From positions 1 to 32,000 of the forward strand of contig NZ_LWLG01000006.1 in the NCBI RefSeq assembly GCF_001652585.1: a stretch of 32,000 nucleotides of DNA. Direction: 5' to 3'. Source of the stretch: Thermosulfurimonas dismutans. GTDB lineage: Bacteria; Desulfobacterota; Thermodesulfobacteria; Thermodesulfobacteriales; Thermodesulfobacteriaceae. The notes beneath the pieces were generated by a model. The model was not told the DNA's origin. It worked only from the letters and a program-made list of their open reading frames with translations, and ran no database searches. The position numbers and the translations under genes were made by a program. Positions 8,372-19,023 of the stretch are shown here, one piece after another (positions within the stretch are counted from its first letter, which is position 1; every line of letters starts with the position of its first letter).

Positions 8372-11014
8372 GTGAAGGAACTTCCAAAGGCTTACGACTT
8401 TCGGGGACTTGAAGAGAAATGGTACCGGTACTGGGAAGAACAGGGGTATTTCCGGCCCAAACTCGACCCCAGGAAACCCAAGTTCTGTGTAGTCATTCCA
8501 CCCCCTAATGTTACCGGGTCGCTTCATATCGGACACGCCCTGAACAATACCATCCAGGACATCCTAGTACGCTATCGGCGTATGGACGGCTATGACGTCC
8601 TCTGGCTTCCCGGGACGGATCACGCTGGAATCGCCACTCAGAACGTGGTGGAGAGAGAGCTTGCCCGCGAAGGAAAGACCCGCCATGATTTAGGCCGTGA
8701 GGCCTTTCTTCAGAGGGTCTGGCAATGGAAAGAACGTTTTGGGAACCGCATCATAGAGCAGTTGAAACGTTTAGGGGCCTCCTGCGACTGGTCGCGGTTG
8801 CGTTTCACCATGGATGAAGGGCTCTCCCGGGCCGTACGAGAGGTCTTCGTTAGACTCTGGGAGGAGGGCCTCATCTACCGGGGGGACTACATCATCAACT
8901 GGTGCCCTCGTTGTCACACGGCGCTTGCGGACATCGAGGTGGAGCACAAGCCCATCGCCGGAAACCTTTGGTACATTCGCTACCCTCTCACCGATGGCTC
9001 AGGCGAGGTAGTAGTGGCCACTACCCGTCCAGAAACCATGCTAGGAGACACGGCGGTGGCCGTCCATCCTGAGGACGAGCGTTATCGGAACCTCATAGGT
9101 CGCAAGATAAAACTACCCCTCATCGGACGGGAAATACCTATTATCGCGGACAAGAGCGTGGACCCCGAGTTCGGAACCGGAGCGGTCAAGGTCACCCCGG
9201 CCCATGACTTCGCGGACTTCGAGATGGCTCGCCGTCACAATCTTCCTTTCGTAAAGATCATGGACGAAAACGGACGGATGACCGAAGAAGCCGGGCCTTA
9301 CGCCGGCCTTGATCGCTTCGAGGCCAGAAAGAAGGTAGTGGCGGACCTTGAGGCTCAGGGATTTCTCGTCAAAACCGAAGATTACGAGGTCATGCTTGGC
9401 CATTGTTACCGTTGCGACTGCGTGGTGGAGCCGCTTCTCTCAAAACAGTGGTTCGTGCGCATGAAACCCCTGGCTCAGCCGGCCACAGCGGCCGTAGAGA
9501 ATGGCTTTATCCGGCTCGTCCCCGAGCAATGGAACAACCTCTATTTCGACTGGATGTACAAGATTCGGGACTGGTGTATCTCGCGGCAGATCTGGTGGGG
9601 ACACCGCATCCCGGCCTGGACCTGCCAAGACTGTGGAAAGACCATAGTGGTCAGGGAGGATCCCGAAAGCTGTCCAGAATGCGGGTCGAAAAACCTTCGG
9701 CAGGAGGAAGACGTCCTTGACACCTGGTTCTCCTCGGCCCTCTGGCCCTTTTCCACCCTGGGTTGGCCGGAAAAAACCGAGGACCTCAAGGCCTTTTATC
9801 CTACCTCGGTACTGGTCACCAGCTTTGACATCCTCTTTTTTTGGGTGGCCCGAATGATCATGATGGGCCTTCATTTCATGGGGAACATTCCCTTTCGCAC
9901 GGTCTATATCCACGCCCTGGTACGGGACGAGAAGGGCCAGAAAATGAGCAAGAGTCGAGGCAACGTCATCGATCCGGTGGTCATGATCGAAAAATACGGA
10001 GCGGACGCCCTGCGGTTTACACTTGCGGCCCTAGCGGCCCAGGGCCGGGATATAAAGCTTTCGGAATCTCGGATCGAGGGTTTCAAACACTTCGTCAACA
10101 AGATCTGGAACGCCGCTCGGTTCGTACTCATGAACCTTGAGGACTATGAACCTCGAGAACTCAAATCCGAGGCCTTACCGCTTCCATCGCGCTGGATCCT
10201 CTCGCGCCTTCAGAAGACCATTCAGAAGGTGCGGGACCGACTTGAGGCCTACGAATTTGACCAGGCAGCCCTGGCCATCTATCACTTCTTCTGGCACGAG
10301 TTCTGCGATTGGTACGTGGAAGCCTCCAAACTCTATCTTCGGGAGGGCGGAGAGGCCAAGCGTCTTGCCCAGAACGTCCTCCTTCACGTGCTTGAGACCT
10401 CGCTGAGACTCCTTCATCCCTTCATGCCCTTTGTGACCGAAGAGCTCTGGCAGGCCCTTCCCCATGAAGGCCAATCTATCATGGTAGCTCCCTATCCCAA
10501 GGTAGAAGAGAAGTTCGTTTCTCCAGAGACCGAAAAGGAAATGGACCTCGTTCGGGAAGTTGTAGTGGCGGTCAGAGGTATCCGGGCGGACTATCGCCTT
10601 CACCCCACCCGCAAGCTCCCGGTGGTAATTCTCACCTCAGAAGAGTCGGTTAAAGAAGTCCTTAGGGAGCATAGCCCCCTAATAGAGCTTCTGGCCGGAA
10701 CGGAAGCCCTGCAGATAGAGGTGTCCGGGGAAAGACCTCGGGGGGCGGCCTCAGTGGTTTTGACAGAGGCCGAAGTCTTCGTACCGTTGGCGAACCTGGT
10801 GGATGTAGCCCAAGAGATCAAGAGACTCTCCAAAGAAAAGGAAAAGTACTCCAAAGAACTTGCCCGTGTTCGGGCCAGACTTGAAAATCCAAATTTCATC
10901 GAAAAGGCCCCAGAAGAGGTAGTAACTAAGGAAAAGATCCGAGCTGAGGAGCTTACGGAGAAACTAAAACGCCTAGAGGAAAACCTTGAACGTCTGAAAG
11001 AGATCGAAACTTGA
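8372..11014 (+). CDS. valS: Valine--tRNA ligase
   Basis: PPPNVTGSLHIGHALN (HIGH motif), KMSKSRGN (KMSKS motif) and a C-terminal coiled coil. I place the start at GTG 8372 (VKELPKAYDF...) because GGAGGG lies 6 nt upstream. The ORF-track start at 8276 adds 32 non-conserved residues and overlaps cobU. Confidence 0.95.
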   Translation: MKELPKAYDFRGLEEKWYRYWEEQGYFRPKLDPRKPKFCVVIPPPNVTGSLHIGHALNNTIQDILVRYRRMDGYDVLWLPGTDHAGIATQNVVERELAREGKTRHDLGREAFLQRVWQWKERFGNRIIEQLKRLGASCDWSRLRFTMDEGLSRAVREVFVRLWEEGLIYRGDYIINWCPRCHTALADIEVEHKPIAGNLWYIRYPLTDGSGEVVVATTRPETMLGDTAVAVHPEDERYRNLIGRKIKLPLIGREIPIIADKSVDPEFGTGAVKVTPAHDFADFEMARRHNLPFVKIMDENGRMTEEAGPYAGLDRFEARKKVVADLEAQGFLVKTEDYEVMLGHCYRCDCVVEPLLSKQWFVRMKPLAQPATAAVENGFIRLVPEQWNNLYFDWMYKIRDWCISRQIWWGHRIPAWTCQDCGKTIVVREDPESCPECGSKNLRQEEDVLDTWFSSALWPFSTLGWPEKTEDLKAFYPTSVLVTSFDILFFWVARMIMMGLHFMGNIPFRTVYIHALVRDEKGQKMSKSRGNVIDPVVMIEKYGADALRFTLAALAAQGRDIKLSESRIEGFKHFVNKIWNAARFVLMNLEDYEPRELKSEALPLPSRWILSRLQKTIQKVRDRLEAYEFDQAALAIYHFFWHEFCDWYVEASKLYLREGGEAKRLAQNVLLHVLETSLRLLHPFMPFVTEELWQALPHEGQSIMVAPYPKVEEKFVSPETEKEMDLVREVVVAVRGIRADYRLHPTRKLPVVILTSEESVKEVLREHSPLIELLAGTEALQIEVSGERPRGAASVVLTEAEVFVPLANLVDVAQEIKRLSKEKEKYSKELARVRARLENPNFIEKAPEEVVTKEKIRAEELTEKLKRLEENLERLKEIET

Positions 11015-11138
11015 TGTTTATTTCCTTAACTTCTTCCTCTTCCGTGAAATCGACAGGTTTTCGGCCCGGCTGAAGGCCTGGGAAAAACTGGAGGGCCTCA
11101 AAAAATGTGAGGAGATACTTTTACATGAGGTAGAAATG

Positions 11139-11218
11139 GAGGGGAAAGGGAGAAAGTTCGTCCTCAACTTCCGGATGATCGTTTAATTTCTCTCGCTCGC
11201 CCCTCATTTTTTTATTTT
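11139..11218 (+). terminator. Putative intrinsic terminator after valS (long imperfect hairpin plus T-run)
   Basis: GAGGGG(11139..11144)...GAGAAA pairs with TTTCTC...CCCCTC(11200..11205). It is followed directly by ATTTTTTTATTTT. The stem is interrupted by internal loops, so this call is tentative. Confidence 0.35.
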
Positions 11219-11350
11219 AATGCTAGCTCTCAAATTCGAAGATCACTCCATTCTCAAAAGAATAGTAAAAATATCCAATAAAATTTAAGAAAATTAGAAG
11301 TTAATCTCAATTAATAGGACGAAATCCTGAAACAACTCCTTCCAAAAAAT

Positions 11351-11378
11351 TTGGAAATTTTAATTTAATGAATAAAAT
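11351..11378 (+). promoter_or_regulatory. Candidate sigma70-type promoter for the PilZ gene
   Basis: TTGGAA (11351..11356), a 16-nt spacer, then TAAAAT (11373..11378), about 40 nt upstream of GTG 11418. It sits in a ~27-32% GC tract. Pattern match only. Confidence 0.3.
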
Positions 11379-11417
11379 GAAAAGAATGAGGTTTTTCGTT
11401 AGTGAGCGAGTTAGTTA

Positions 11418-11759
11418 GTGGCTGAAAGAAGGTGGTTTAACCGTTATAAAGTTAGAGCCTCGGGGGCCCTAGCTAATAACACTTATATGTGTAAGGTAGA
11501 ACTTTTAGACTTGAGTGCAGCAGGGGCCCGGGTAAGGGGAAATTTATACCGAATAAAAGAAGGCGATGAGATCTATTTATCCATCGCCTTCAAACCTCCG
11601 ATTAAAGCCAAAGGCATTATACGCTGGTGCAAGAAAACCGAAGAGGGCCTAGAAGCGGGTATCGAATTCACCTATATGGATTTTAAGACCCAGCAACATC
11701 TCCAGGCCTTTCTCTCCCAAATAGCCTTGGCCAGTATGTCCGACGCTTATCTTCGATAG
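11418..11759 (+). CDS. PilZ domain protein (c-di-GMP binding type)
   Basis: RRWFNR (RxxxR) followed by LLDLSAAGARV (DxSxxG), which are the two PilZ signature motifs. 113 aa, GTG start. Confidence 0.75.
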   Translation: MAERRWFNRYKVRASGALANNTYMCKVELLDLSAAGARVRGNLYRIKEGDEIYLSIAFKPPIKAKGIIRWCKKTEEGLEAGIEFTYMDFKTQQHLQAFLSQIALASMSDAYLR

Positions 11760-11826
11760 GTCTTGTCGCCAACCTTAAATCCCGTTAGGTTTTTAAGAAA
11801 AATTTCTGGGGAAAGGAGTAGCTTCT

Positions 11827-13134
11827 ATGAAGGTAAACGTAGAAGACATAAGTGCCGTGGAAAAACGCTTGCAGGTAGAAATTCCTCCAGAGGAAGTGCT
11901 TAAGGCCATTGATCGTACCTGTCAGAAACTTTCCCAAGAGGTAAATCTCAAAGGCTTCCGTAAGGGACGGGTACCCAAATCGGTGCTAAAACGTCTCTTC
12001 CGGGAACATATCGAAGATCGAGTGGCCGAACTTCTGATCTCGGAATCCCTCCCCAAGGCCGTCAAGGAAAGCGGTCTGGAACCTATCCTAAGGCCCGTAG
12101 TGGAAAGTCATGGCCGAGTAAACGAAAATGAGGCCTTTCAATACACGGCCGCTGTAGATATCCGTCCGGAGTTCGAGCTGCCGAGGGAAGTCTATATCGG
12201 ACTCGAAGTGGAAAAACCCTCGGAGGAGGTCTCCGAAGAGGAGGTAGAACAGTACCTCGAGGCCTTGCGTTACACCTTCGCGGATGTCAAAAAGGCCCCG
12301 GAAGATCACGAACTCCAAGAACGGGATGTAGCCATTCTCTCCTTTCGGGCCTTTGATGGGGATAAGCCCGTTCCAGGACATGAAGCCGAGGCCCTTTATG
12401 TGGACGTAGGCACAGGGGAATTCGATGAAAGGGTGGAAAAGGCCCTCATTGGCCACAAAGCCGGGGATGAAATAGAAGTAGAAGTGGAATATCCCGAGGA
12501 TGCCCTGAACGAGCTTCTGGCCGGCAAAAAGATAAGGTATGAGGTAAAAATTCGCGAAATCTACATTCGGGAATTGAGCCCTCTCAATGACGAATTCGTG
12601 GAAAAGATGAAACTAGGTTTTAAATCCGCCGAGGACTTAAAACAACGGGTTAGAGCCAGATTGGAAGAGGAGAGGAAACGCAAGGCCGAAGAGACCCTTA
12701 GAGAAAACCTCCTCTCCAAGATCCTCGAAAAGGTAGATTTTCCGGTCCCTGAGCGTTATATCGAATTCAAAATCGCCCAAATGCTCGAGGGCATCGAACA
12801 AGACCTCCAGCAAAAAGGGCACACCTTCGAGTCCGCGGGTATTTCTGTGGAAAGGCTTAAAAAACGGCTACGGCCCGTAGCTGAAAGACAGGCCCGGGAA
12901 GAAATGGTTCTTGAAAAGATCGCCGAGCAGGAAAACATCACCATCACCCAGGAGGACCTAGAGAAGAAGGCCCAGGAAATGGCCAAGGCCTCGGGGGGCA
13001 AACCCGAGGACGCCATGCGAGTGATCATGACTTACATGGTTCCGAAGCTTCTGGCAGAAAAGACCTTGCAGTTCCTGGTATCCCAAGCTACCCTTAAAAA
13101 TGGCTCTGAAAATCAAGAAAAAAGTGAGGATTAA
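11827..13134 (+). CDS. tig: Trigger factor
   Basis: [24 protein letters not shown]...[16 protein letters not shown] is the typical trigger factor N-terminus. 435 aa, directly upstream of clpP-clpX. Confidence 0.93.
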   Translation: MKVNVEDISAVEKRLQVEIPPEEVLKAIDRTCQKLSQEVNLKGFRKGRVPKSVLKRLFREHIEDRVAELLISESLPKAVKESGLEPILRPVVESHGRVNENEAFQYTAAVDIRPEFELPREVYIGLEVEKPSEEVSEEEVEQYLEALRYTFADVKKAPEDHELQERDVAILSFRAFDGDKPVPGHEAEALYVDVGTGEFDERVEKALIGHKAGDEIEVEVEYPEDALNELLAGKKIRYEVKIREIYIRELSPLNDEFVEKMKLGFKSAEDLKQRVRARLEEERKRKAEETLRENLLSKILEKVDFPVPERYIEFKIAQMLEGIEQDLQQKGHTFESAGISVERLKKRLRPVAERQAREEMVLEKIAEQENITITQEDLEKKAQEMAKASGGKPEDAMRVIMTYMVPKLLAEKTLQFLVSQATLKNGSENQEKSED

Positions 13135-13136
13135 GA

Positions 13137-13748
13137 ATGCCTCTTATTCCTATCGTCATTGAACAAACCGGCCGGGGCGAAAGGGCTTATGACATCTATT
13201 CCAGGTTGCTCCGAGAGCGAATTGTTTTCATCGGAGGCCCCATCGACGACCAACTGGCCAATCTGGTGATCGCCCAACTCCTATTCCTCGAGGCCGAAGA
13301 TCCGGAAAGGGACATCATGCTCTACATCAACTCCCCCGGAGGGATCGTGACCGCAGGGCTGGCCATCTACGACACCATGCAGTACGTGAAACCTGACGTC
13401 TGTACCATATGCCTGGGGCAGGCCGCCAGTATGGCGGCGGTTTTACTTGCGGCAGGGGCTAAGGGTAAGCGCTACGCCCTACCCCATTCCCGGATCATGC
13501 TACATCAGCCCATGGGAGCTTTTCAGGGACAAGCCACGGACGTGGACATCCAGGCCCGAGAAATCATCCGCCTTCGGGAACTCCTCAATAACATCTTAGC
13601 TAACCATACCGGACAGCCGGTCGAACGCATAAAGGAAGACACCGAGAGAGATTTCTATATGTCAAGCCATGAAGCCCTAAAATATGGTCTCGTTGATAAG
13701 ATCATCGAACACCGGGAAAATAAAAAGGAGGCTCAAGAAAAATCATGA
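13137..13748 (+). CDS. clpP: ATP-dependent Clp protease proteolytic subunit
   Basis: [24 protein letters not shown]...INSPGG...[14 protein letters not shown]...IMLHQP carries the catalytic Ser/His context. Confidence 0.97.
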   Translation: MPLIPIVIEQTGRGERAYDIYSRLLRERIVFIGGPIDDQLANLVIAQLLFLEAEDPERDIMLYINSPGGIVTAGLAIYDTMQYVKPDVCTICLGQAASMAAVLLAAGAKGKRYALPHSRIMLHQPMGAFQGQATDVDIQAREIIRLRELLNNILANHTGQPVERIKEDTERDFYMSSHEALKYGLVDKIIEHRENKKEAQEKS

Positions 13749-14992
13749 ATCGTTCTAGGACAACCTCCGAACTCCATTGTTCCTTTTGTGGAAAAAGTCA
13801 ACAGGAGGTCCGCAAGCTCATCGCCGGACCTTCGGTCTATATCTGTGACGAATGCGTGGAACTCTGCAACGAGATCATCGCCGAGGACTACGAAAAAGAA
13901 CTCGCGGACGAAAAACTAAAACGTATCCCTAAACCTTCGGAGATCAAGGATTTTCTCGATCAATATGTCGTAGGGCAAGAACGGGCCAAAAAGATCCTGG
14001 CGGTGGCGGTCCATAACCATTACAAACGCATTGAAAGTGGCCTCAATCTCAAGGATGTAGAGCTCCAGAAGAGCAACATCCTCCTCATAGGCCCTACGGG
14101 TTGCGGAAAAACCTTACTGGCCCAAACGCTCGCTAAGTTCTTGAACGTACCCTTTACCATTGCCGACGCCACTACCCTTACTGAAGCTGGATATGTAGGC
14201 GAAGACGTGGAAAACATCCTCCTCAATCTGCTTCAGGCCGCAGACTTCGACCTTGAGCTTGCCCAGAGAGGGATCGTTTATATCGATGAAATAGACAAGA
14301 TCGCTCGCAAATCCGAAAGCCCCTCCATCACGCGGGACGTCTCCGGAGAGGGGGTGCAGCAGGCCCTCTTAAAGATTCTTGAGGGCACCATTGCGAACAT
14401 CCCTCCCAAAGGAGGTCGCAAGCATCCCCAGCAGGAATATATTCGGATGGACACCACCAATATCCTCTTTATCTGTGGTGGGGCCTTTGTAGGTCTGGAA
14501 GAGATCATCAAACAGCGCCTTGGAAAAAGCGGGATCGGCTTCGGAGCCAAGATCAAGAATGTAAACGATATGAGTATTGGTGAGATTCTAGCCCAGGTAC
14601 AGCCGGAAGATCTCATCAAGTACGGCATGATTCCGGAATTCGTAGGCCGGATTCCGGTAGTGGCTACGTTAGACGAGCTTACTGAGGACGAATTGATAAA
14701 GATCCTCACCGAACCCAAAAACGCCTTGGTCAAACAGTATCAAAAGCTTTTTGAAATGGATGGGGTGGAGCTCCGTTTCACCGAGGGAGCCCTTCGGGCC
14801 ATTGCCCGGGAAGCCACGCGCAGAAAAACCGGAGCTCGAGGACTTCGAGCCATCCTGGAAGAGGCTATGGTGGACGTGATGTATGAGTTGCCTTCGCTTG
14901 AAGGCGTAAGGGAGTGCGTCATCACCGAAGAGGTCATCTTGCGGAAGGAAAAACCAATCATAATTTATGAAAAGAAAGCCCAGGAGGCTTGA
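13745..14992 (+). CDS. clpX: ATP-dependent Clp protease ATP-binding subunit ClpX
   Basis: Zinc finger [30 protein letters not shown]. Walker A GPTGCGKT. Walker [10 protein letters not shown]. 4-nt overlap with clpP. Confidence 0.97.
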   Translation: MNRSRTTSELHCSFCGKSQQEVRKLIAGPSVYICDECVELCNEIIAEDYEKELADEKLKRIPKPSEIKDFLDQYVVGQERAKKILAVAVHNHYKRIESGLNLKDVELQKSNILLIGPTGCGKTLLAQTLAKFLNVPFTIADATTLTEAGYVGEDVENILLNLLQAADFDLELAQRGIVYIDEIDKIARKSESPSITRDVSGEGVQQALLKILEGTIANIPPKGGRKHPQQEYIRMDTTNILFICGGAFVGLEEIIKQRLGKSGIGFGAKIKNVNDMSIGEILAQVQPEDLIKYGMIPEFVGRIPVVATLDELTEDELIKILTEPKNALVKQYQKLFEMDGVELRFTEGALRAIAREATRRKTGARGLRAILEEAMVDVMYELPSLEGVRECVITEEVILRKEKPIIIYEKKAQEA

Positions 14993-15027
14993 ATAAATGC
15001 TAAAGGCCACCAGGCCGAAGGAGGGTT

Positions 15028-17445
15028 ATGAGTACGGAGCAGAATCAGCTTTTAAGATTGCCCCTTTTACCCTTAAGGGACATCGTCCTTTATCCTAATT
15101 CTTTGGTTCCGCTCTTTATCGGACGGGAAAAGAGTATCCTAGCCGTTGAGCACGCCCTCTCTACTGGAAAAGAAATTTTCTTGGCAGCCCAAAAAGATGC
15201 TCAGCTAGACAATCCCAAAGAAGATGACATCTACCGTGTAGGCACCATAGGACAGATTATTCAGGTGCTGCGGCTGCCAGACGGAACCATCAAGGCCCTG
15301 GTGGAGGGCAAGCAGCGCGGTCGCATCGTGCGGTTCATCCCGGATTACGAATTCTTCGTAGTGGAGGTGGAACCCAAGACCGAGGTTATCGAAGCCGGAC
15401 CAGAGCTTGAGGCTCTGGTGAAGCTCACCCATGAGGCCTTTCAGGAATACAGCCAGATCAACAAGAAAATACCCTCGGATCTGGTAAACAATATCCTTAA
15501 GATCAACGAGCCGGCCAAGCTCGCCGATCAGGTGGCCACGGTCCTCAATCTCAAACTCTCTCAAAAACAGCGGCTCCTTGAACTCACCAGTGTACGCAAG
15601 CGGCTCGAAATGGTCTACGGCTACCTCAGGGGCGAGATCGAGGTGGCCAAGGTGGAACAGCGGATCAAAGACCGGGTCAAGAAGCAGATGGAGAAGACCC
15701 AGCGCGACTACTACCTCAACGAGCAGATGAAGGCTATTCAGAAGGAACTGGGAGAGCGGGAAGACGGACGTTCTGATCTCGCGGAACTCGAAAAACGGAT
15801 TAAGAAAAAACGCCTCCCGAAAGAAGCGGCGGCTGTGGTCCGGCGGGAGTTCAAGAAACTCTCCATGATGTCCCCCATGTCCGCCGAGGCTACGGTGGTG
15901 AGAAACTATATCGACTGGATCCTAAGTCTTCCGTGGTTCGAAAAAACCAAGGATAAACTCGATATCGAGGAAGCCGAAAGGATCCTAAACGAAGATCATT
16001 ACGGTCTTGAGAAACCCAAACAGCGCATCCTTGAACATTTAGCGGTCCAGAAACTGGTCAAGAAGATCAAAGGGCCGATCCTTTGCCTAGTTGGTCCTCC
16101 GGGCGTGGGTAAGACCTCGCTGGCCCGTTCGGTAGCCCGGGCCTTGGGGAGAAACTTCGTGCGAATGTCTCTGGGTGGAGTTCGAGACGAGGCTGAGATC
16201 CGTGGACACCGCCGTACCTATATCGGGGCGCTTCCAGGAAAAATCATCCAAGGTATGCGCAAGGCCGGTACCATCAACCCGGTCTTCTGCTTGGACGAAG
16301 TGGACAAGATAGGAACGGACTTTAGGGGTGATCCGGCGGCGGCCCTGCTTGAGGTCCTCGATCCTGAACAGAACCATTCCTTTCAAGATCACTATCTGGA
16401 GTTGGGCTACGACCTCTCACAGGTCTTTTTCATCACCACTGCCAATGCCCTACACACTATCCCGGCACCGCTCCTTGACCGTATGGAGATTATCGAGATC
16501 CCGGGCTACACCGAGGAGGAAAAACTCGAAATTGCCAGACATTATTTACTCCCACGTCAGCTCGAGGCCCACGGTCTCAAACCTGATCAGGTTCCGCTAC
16601 CGGACAAAACCTTGCTAGAAATCATTAGGCGTTATACCAGGGAAGCCGGAGTAAGGAATCTGGAGCGGGAACTGGCTACCATCTGCCGTAAGATTGCCAA
16701 AGAAGTGGCTAAGGATCCCAAGGCCTTCAAGCCTTTCACTATCACGATTCGAAGGCTCAATCAGCTTCTAGGGATGCCCCGTTATCGATACGGGGTGGCC
16801 GAAGGCAAGCCCGAAGTAGGTATGGCCACCGGCATGGCCTGGACCGAGACCGGAGGGTCGCTCCTTCAGATCGAAGCTGTGATCATGCCCGGAAAGGGAC
16901 AGCTCAATATCACTGGTAAGCTTGGTGAAGTTATGCAGGAATCGGTTCAAGCAGCCATGAGCTACGTACGTTCCCGGGCTCATCAGTTGGGGCTTCCTCC
17001 AGACTTTTACCAGAAAATAGACATCCATGTCCACGTCCCTGAAGGAGCCATTCCCAAGGACGGCCCCAGCGCCGGGATTACCATTGCTACGGCCATCGTC
17101 TCGGCGCTTCTCAAAATCCCGGTTAAGAATACGGTGGCCATGACCGGAGAGATCACGCTGAGAGGTCGAGTCCTTCCGGTGGGTGGTCTCAAGGAGAAAC
17201 TTTTGGCTGCTCGGCGCGGAAACATCGAAACCGTAATTCTGCCCAAGGAAAACGAGAAGGATCTTAAGGAGATTTCTCCCAAGATCACCCGAAAACTGCG
17301 GATAATAATGGTGGAACACATGGATGAAGTCCTCAAAGAGGCTCTTGTGCTGGAGGATCCGGAGAAACTCTTCAAGGATGTACCGCCCCTTGATATCTGG
17401 ACCCTACTCAAGAAAGGTGAAGGCGAAGAAATTCGAGCTCATTGA
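15028..17445 (+). CDS. lon: Lon protease (LonA)
   Basis: N-terminal [26 protein letters not shown]. Walker [10 protein letters not shown]. Protease site PKDGPSAGI. 805 aa. Confidence 0.97.
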   Translation: MSTEQNQLLRLPLLPLRDIVLYPNSLVPLFIGREKSILAVEHALSTGKEIFLAAQKDAQLDNPKEDDIYRVGTIGQIIQVLRLPDGTIKALVEGKQRGRIVRFIPDYEFFVVEVEPKTEVIEAGPELEALVKLTHEAFQEYSQINKKIPSDLVNNILKINEPAKLADQVATVLNLKLSQKQRLLELTSVRKRLEMVYGYLRGEIEVAKVEQRIKDRVKKQMEKTQRDYYLNEQMKAIQKELGEREDGRSDLAELEKRIKKKRLPKEAAAVVRREFKKLSMMSPMSAEATVVRNYIDWILSLPWFEKTKDKLDIEEAERILNEDHYGLEKPKQRILEHLAVQKLVKKIKGPILCLVGPPGVGKTSLARSVARALGRNFVRMSLGGVRDEAEIRGHRRTYIGALPGKIIQGMRKAGTINPVFCLDEVDKIGTDFRGDPAAALLEVLDPEQNHSFQDHYLELGYDLSQVFFITTANALHTIPAPLLDRMEIIEIPGYTEEEKLEIARHYLLPRQLEAHGLKPDQVPLPDKTLLEIIRRYTREAGVRNLERELATICRKIAKEVAKDPKAFKPFTITIRRLNQLLGMPRYRYGVAEGKPEVGMATGMAWTETGGSLLQIEAVIMPGKGQLNITGKLGEVMQESVQAAMSYVRSRAHQLGLPPDFYQKIDIHVHVPEGAIPKDGPSAGITIATAIVSALLKIPVKNTVAMTGEITLRGRVLPVGGLKEKLLAARRGNIETVILPKENEKDLKEISPKITRKLRIIMVEHMDEVLKEALVLEDPEKLFKDVPPLDIWTLLKKGEGEEIRAH

Positions 17446-17481
17446 CAGGTAAGCGATTTTTGGTTAATTTAGGCCCCCGAA

Positions 17482-17556
17482 GGGCGGATAGCTCAGTGGG
17501 AGAGCATCGGCCTTACAAGCCGGGGGTCAGAGGTTCGAATCCTCTTCCGCCCACCA
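17482..17556 (+). tRNA. tRNA-Val (anticodon TAC)
   Basis: Acceptor stem GGGCGGA/TCCGCCC, anticodon loop CTTACAA, T-arm AGAGG TTCGAAT CCTCT, encoded CCA. Confidence 0.9.
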
Positions 17557-17584
17557 AATTTTGTGTTATAATAAAAAAGACGGC

Positions 17585-17662
17585 GGGGCTGTAGTTCAGC
17601 ACGGTTAGAACGCCGGCCTGTCACGCCGGAGGTCGCGGGTTCAAGTCCCGTCAGCCCCGCCA
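17585..17662 (+). tRNA. tRNA-Asp (anticodon GTC)
   Basis: Acceptor stem GGGGCTG/CAGCCCC, anticodon arm CCGGC CTGTCAC GCCGG, T-loop GGTTCAAGTCC, encoded CCA. It is collinear with E. coli tRNA-Asp. Confidence 0.9.
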
Positions 17663-17681
17663 TTTTGTTTAAATCAATCCC

Positions 17682-18467
17682 ATGTCGAACACCTTCCTGA
17701 TAAAAAAGATTGCTCTTTATTTGCTCTATCCCTCGGGCTTGATTTTTCTTCTCCTCCTGGGGGTAAGCTTCTATGCCCTGTGGGGCAAGAGACGAGGGCG
17801 GCGGAGAGCGCTGTTATTCACGGCTCTCCTTCTCTATTACCTAGCAAGCACCCCCTTTCTACCCTACTATCTCCTCAGGCCTCTTGAGGCTGGCTTCAAG
17901 CGCCCGAATCCGCAGGAGCTATCCCAAGCTCGGGCCATTGTAGTTCTTCCAGCCAAGATCTATGGTCAAAAGGACCTCCTTCTTGAGGAGCGCTTTAGTC
18001 GAGAGACTTGGGCTCGGTTCATAGCGGCCTTAAGGCTTAAGAAACGTTTGCCAGAGATACCCCTTATCGTGGCCGGGGGGTCCCTTGAGGGGCCAGGGGC
18101 AAAATATCTCAAGGAAATAGGCGAAGAACTGGGCTTTAAAGTTGAAGCCCTCGATGCCCCCTTAGATACTATTTCCACCGTAGCGGCCCTGAAGGAAAGA
18201 CTTAGTGACCAGCCTTTTGTTCTACTAACCAGCGCTCACCACCTCCGGCGCTCGATGTATCTTTTTAAGCGCGAAGGACTATCTCCTATCCCCTATCCGG
18301 CGGTGTACGTCTCCCACACCTGCCGTTTCACCCCTTTCCACATCCTTTATCTCTTTCCCTATCCGGTATATCTTGAACTTACCAATGAGGCCATACATGA
18401 ATATCTTGGCTTGTCCTTCTATCGTTTGAGGGACCTCGTTTTCGGGAGAGATGATGGAAAAAATTAA
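17682..18467 (+). CDS. DUF218 / YdcF-ElyC family membrane protein
   Basis: Two N-terminal hydrophobic helices, then AIVVLPA...PLIVAGGS...VLLTSAHHLRRSMYLFKREGL, which is the DUF218 pattern (..TS..H..R....F...G). Confidence 0.65.
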   Translation: MSNTFLIKKIALYLLYPSGLIFLLLLGVSFYALWGKRRGRRRALLFTALLLYYLASTPFLPYYLLRPLEAGFKRPNPQELSQARAIVVLPAKIYGQKDLLLEERFSRETWARFIAALRLKKRLPEIPLIVAGGSLEGPGAKYLKEIGEELGFKVEALDAPLDTISTVAALKERLSDQPFVLLTSAHHLRRSMYLFKREGLSPIPYPAVYVSHTCRFTPFHILYLFPYPVYLELTNEAIHEYLGLSFYRLRDLVFGRDDGKN

Positions 18468-19023
18468 GGCCATCCTTTCGGCCTCACACGAGGTCACGGC
18501 CCGCTTTGTCGAAACCGAAGGACCGAAGATCCTCTCCCTAGTGGAAAAGACCTGTGAAGTTTTCAGGAACGGGGGCAAACTTTTGGTATTTGGAAACGGG
18601 GGCAGTGCCGCGGATGCCCAGCACCTGGCAGCTGAGCTAGTAAACCGTTTCAAGAGGGAACGGACTCCGCTTCCAGCGCTGGCCCTTACCACTGACACCT
18701 CCATCCTTACGGCCGTAGCCAATGACTACGACTTCTCTCTGGTTTTCGTAAAACAGATCGAGGCCCTTGGTAGAGCCGGGGACATCGCCCTCGGGATAAG
18801 CACCAGTGGTCGTTCACCGAACGTGCTCAAGGCGCTGGCCCGGGCTAGGGAGCTCGGGCTCTTTACCGTAGGACTTACTGGAGGAACAGGCGGAGGGATG
18901 CCCGAGGTTTCGGACCTAGTAATCACCGTGCCTTCCGAGGAAACCCCTCGTATTCAGGAGGGCCATCTCCTTTTCATCCATGTATTCTCCGAACTCATAG
19001 AGGAGGCCTATTTTGGGAAATAG
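18451..19023 (+). CDS. gmhA: D-sedoheptulose-7-phosphate isomerase (SIS domain)
   Basis: GGKLLVFGNGGSAADAQHLAAELVNRF...ALALTTDTSILTAVANDYDF..VF.KQIEALG..GD...GISTSGRSPNVL. Confidence 0.88.
   Translation: MMEKIKAILSASHEVTARFVETEGPKILSLVEKTCEVFRNGGKLLVFGNGGSAADAQHLAAELVNRFKRERTPLPALALTTDTSILTAVANDYDFSLVFVKQIEALGRAGDIALGISTSGRSPNVLKALARARELGLFTVGLTGGTGGGMPEVSDLVITVPSEETPRIQEGHLLFIHVFSELIEEAYFGK

Noticed and set aside
11113-11196. 28-aa minus-strand mini-ORF (MRGEREKLNDHPEVEDELSPFPLHFYLM) in the valS-PilZ intergenic region
   Set aside because: It has no SD and coincides with the arms of the putative terminator hairpin. There is no support beyond being open.
9440-18722. Long antisense ORFs in valS (9440..9913), clpX (14278..14733), lon (16768..17319, 17007..17411) and the DUF218/gmhA region (18279..18722)
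   Set aside because: Each is nested opposite a strongly recognisable housekeeping gene. None has a recognisable motif or an SD-like start context.
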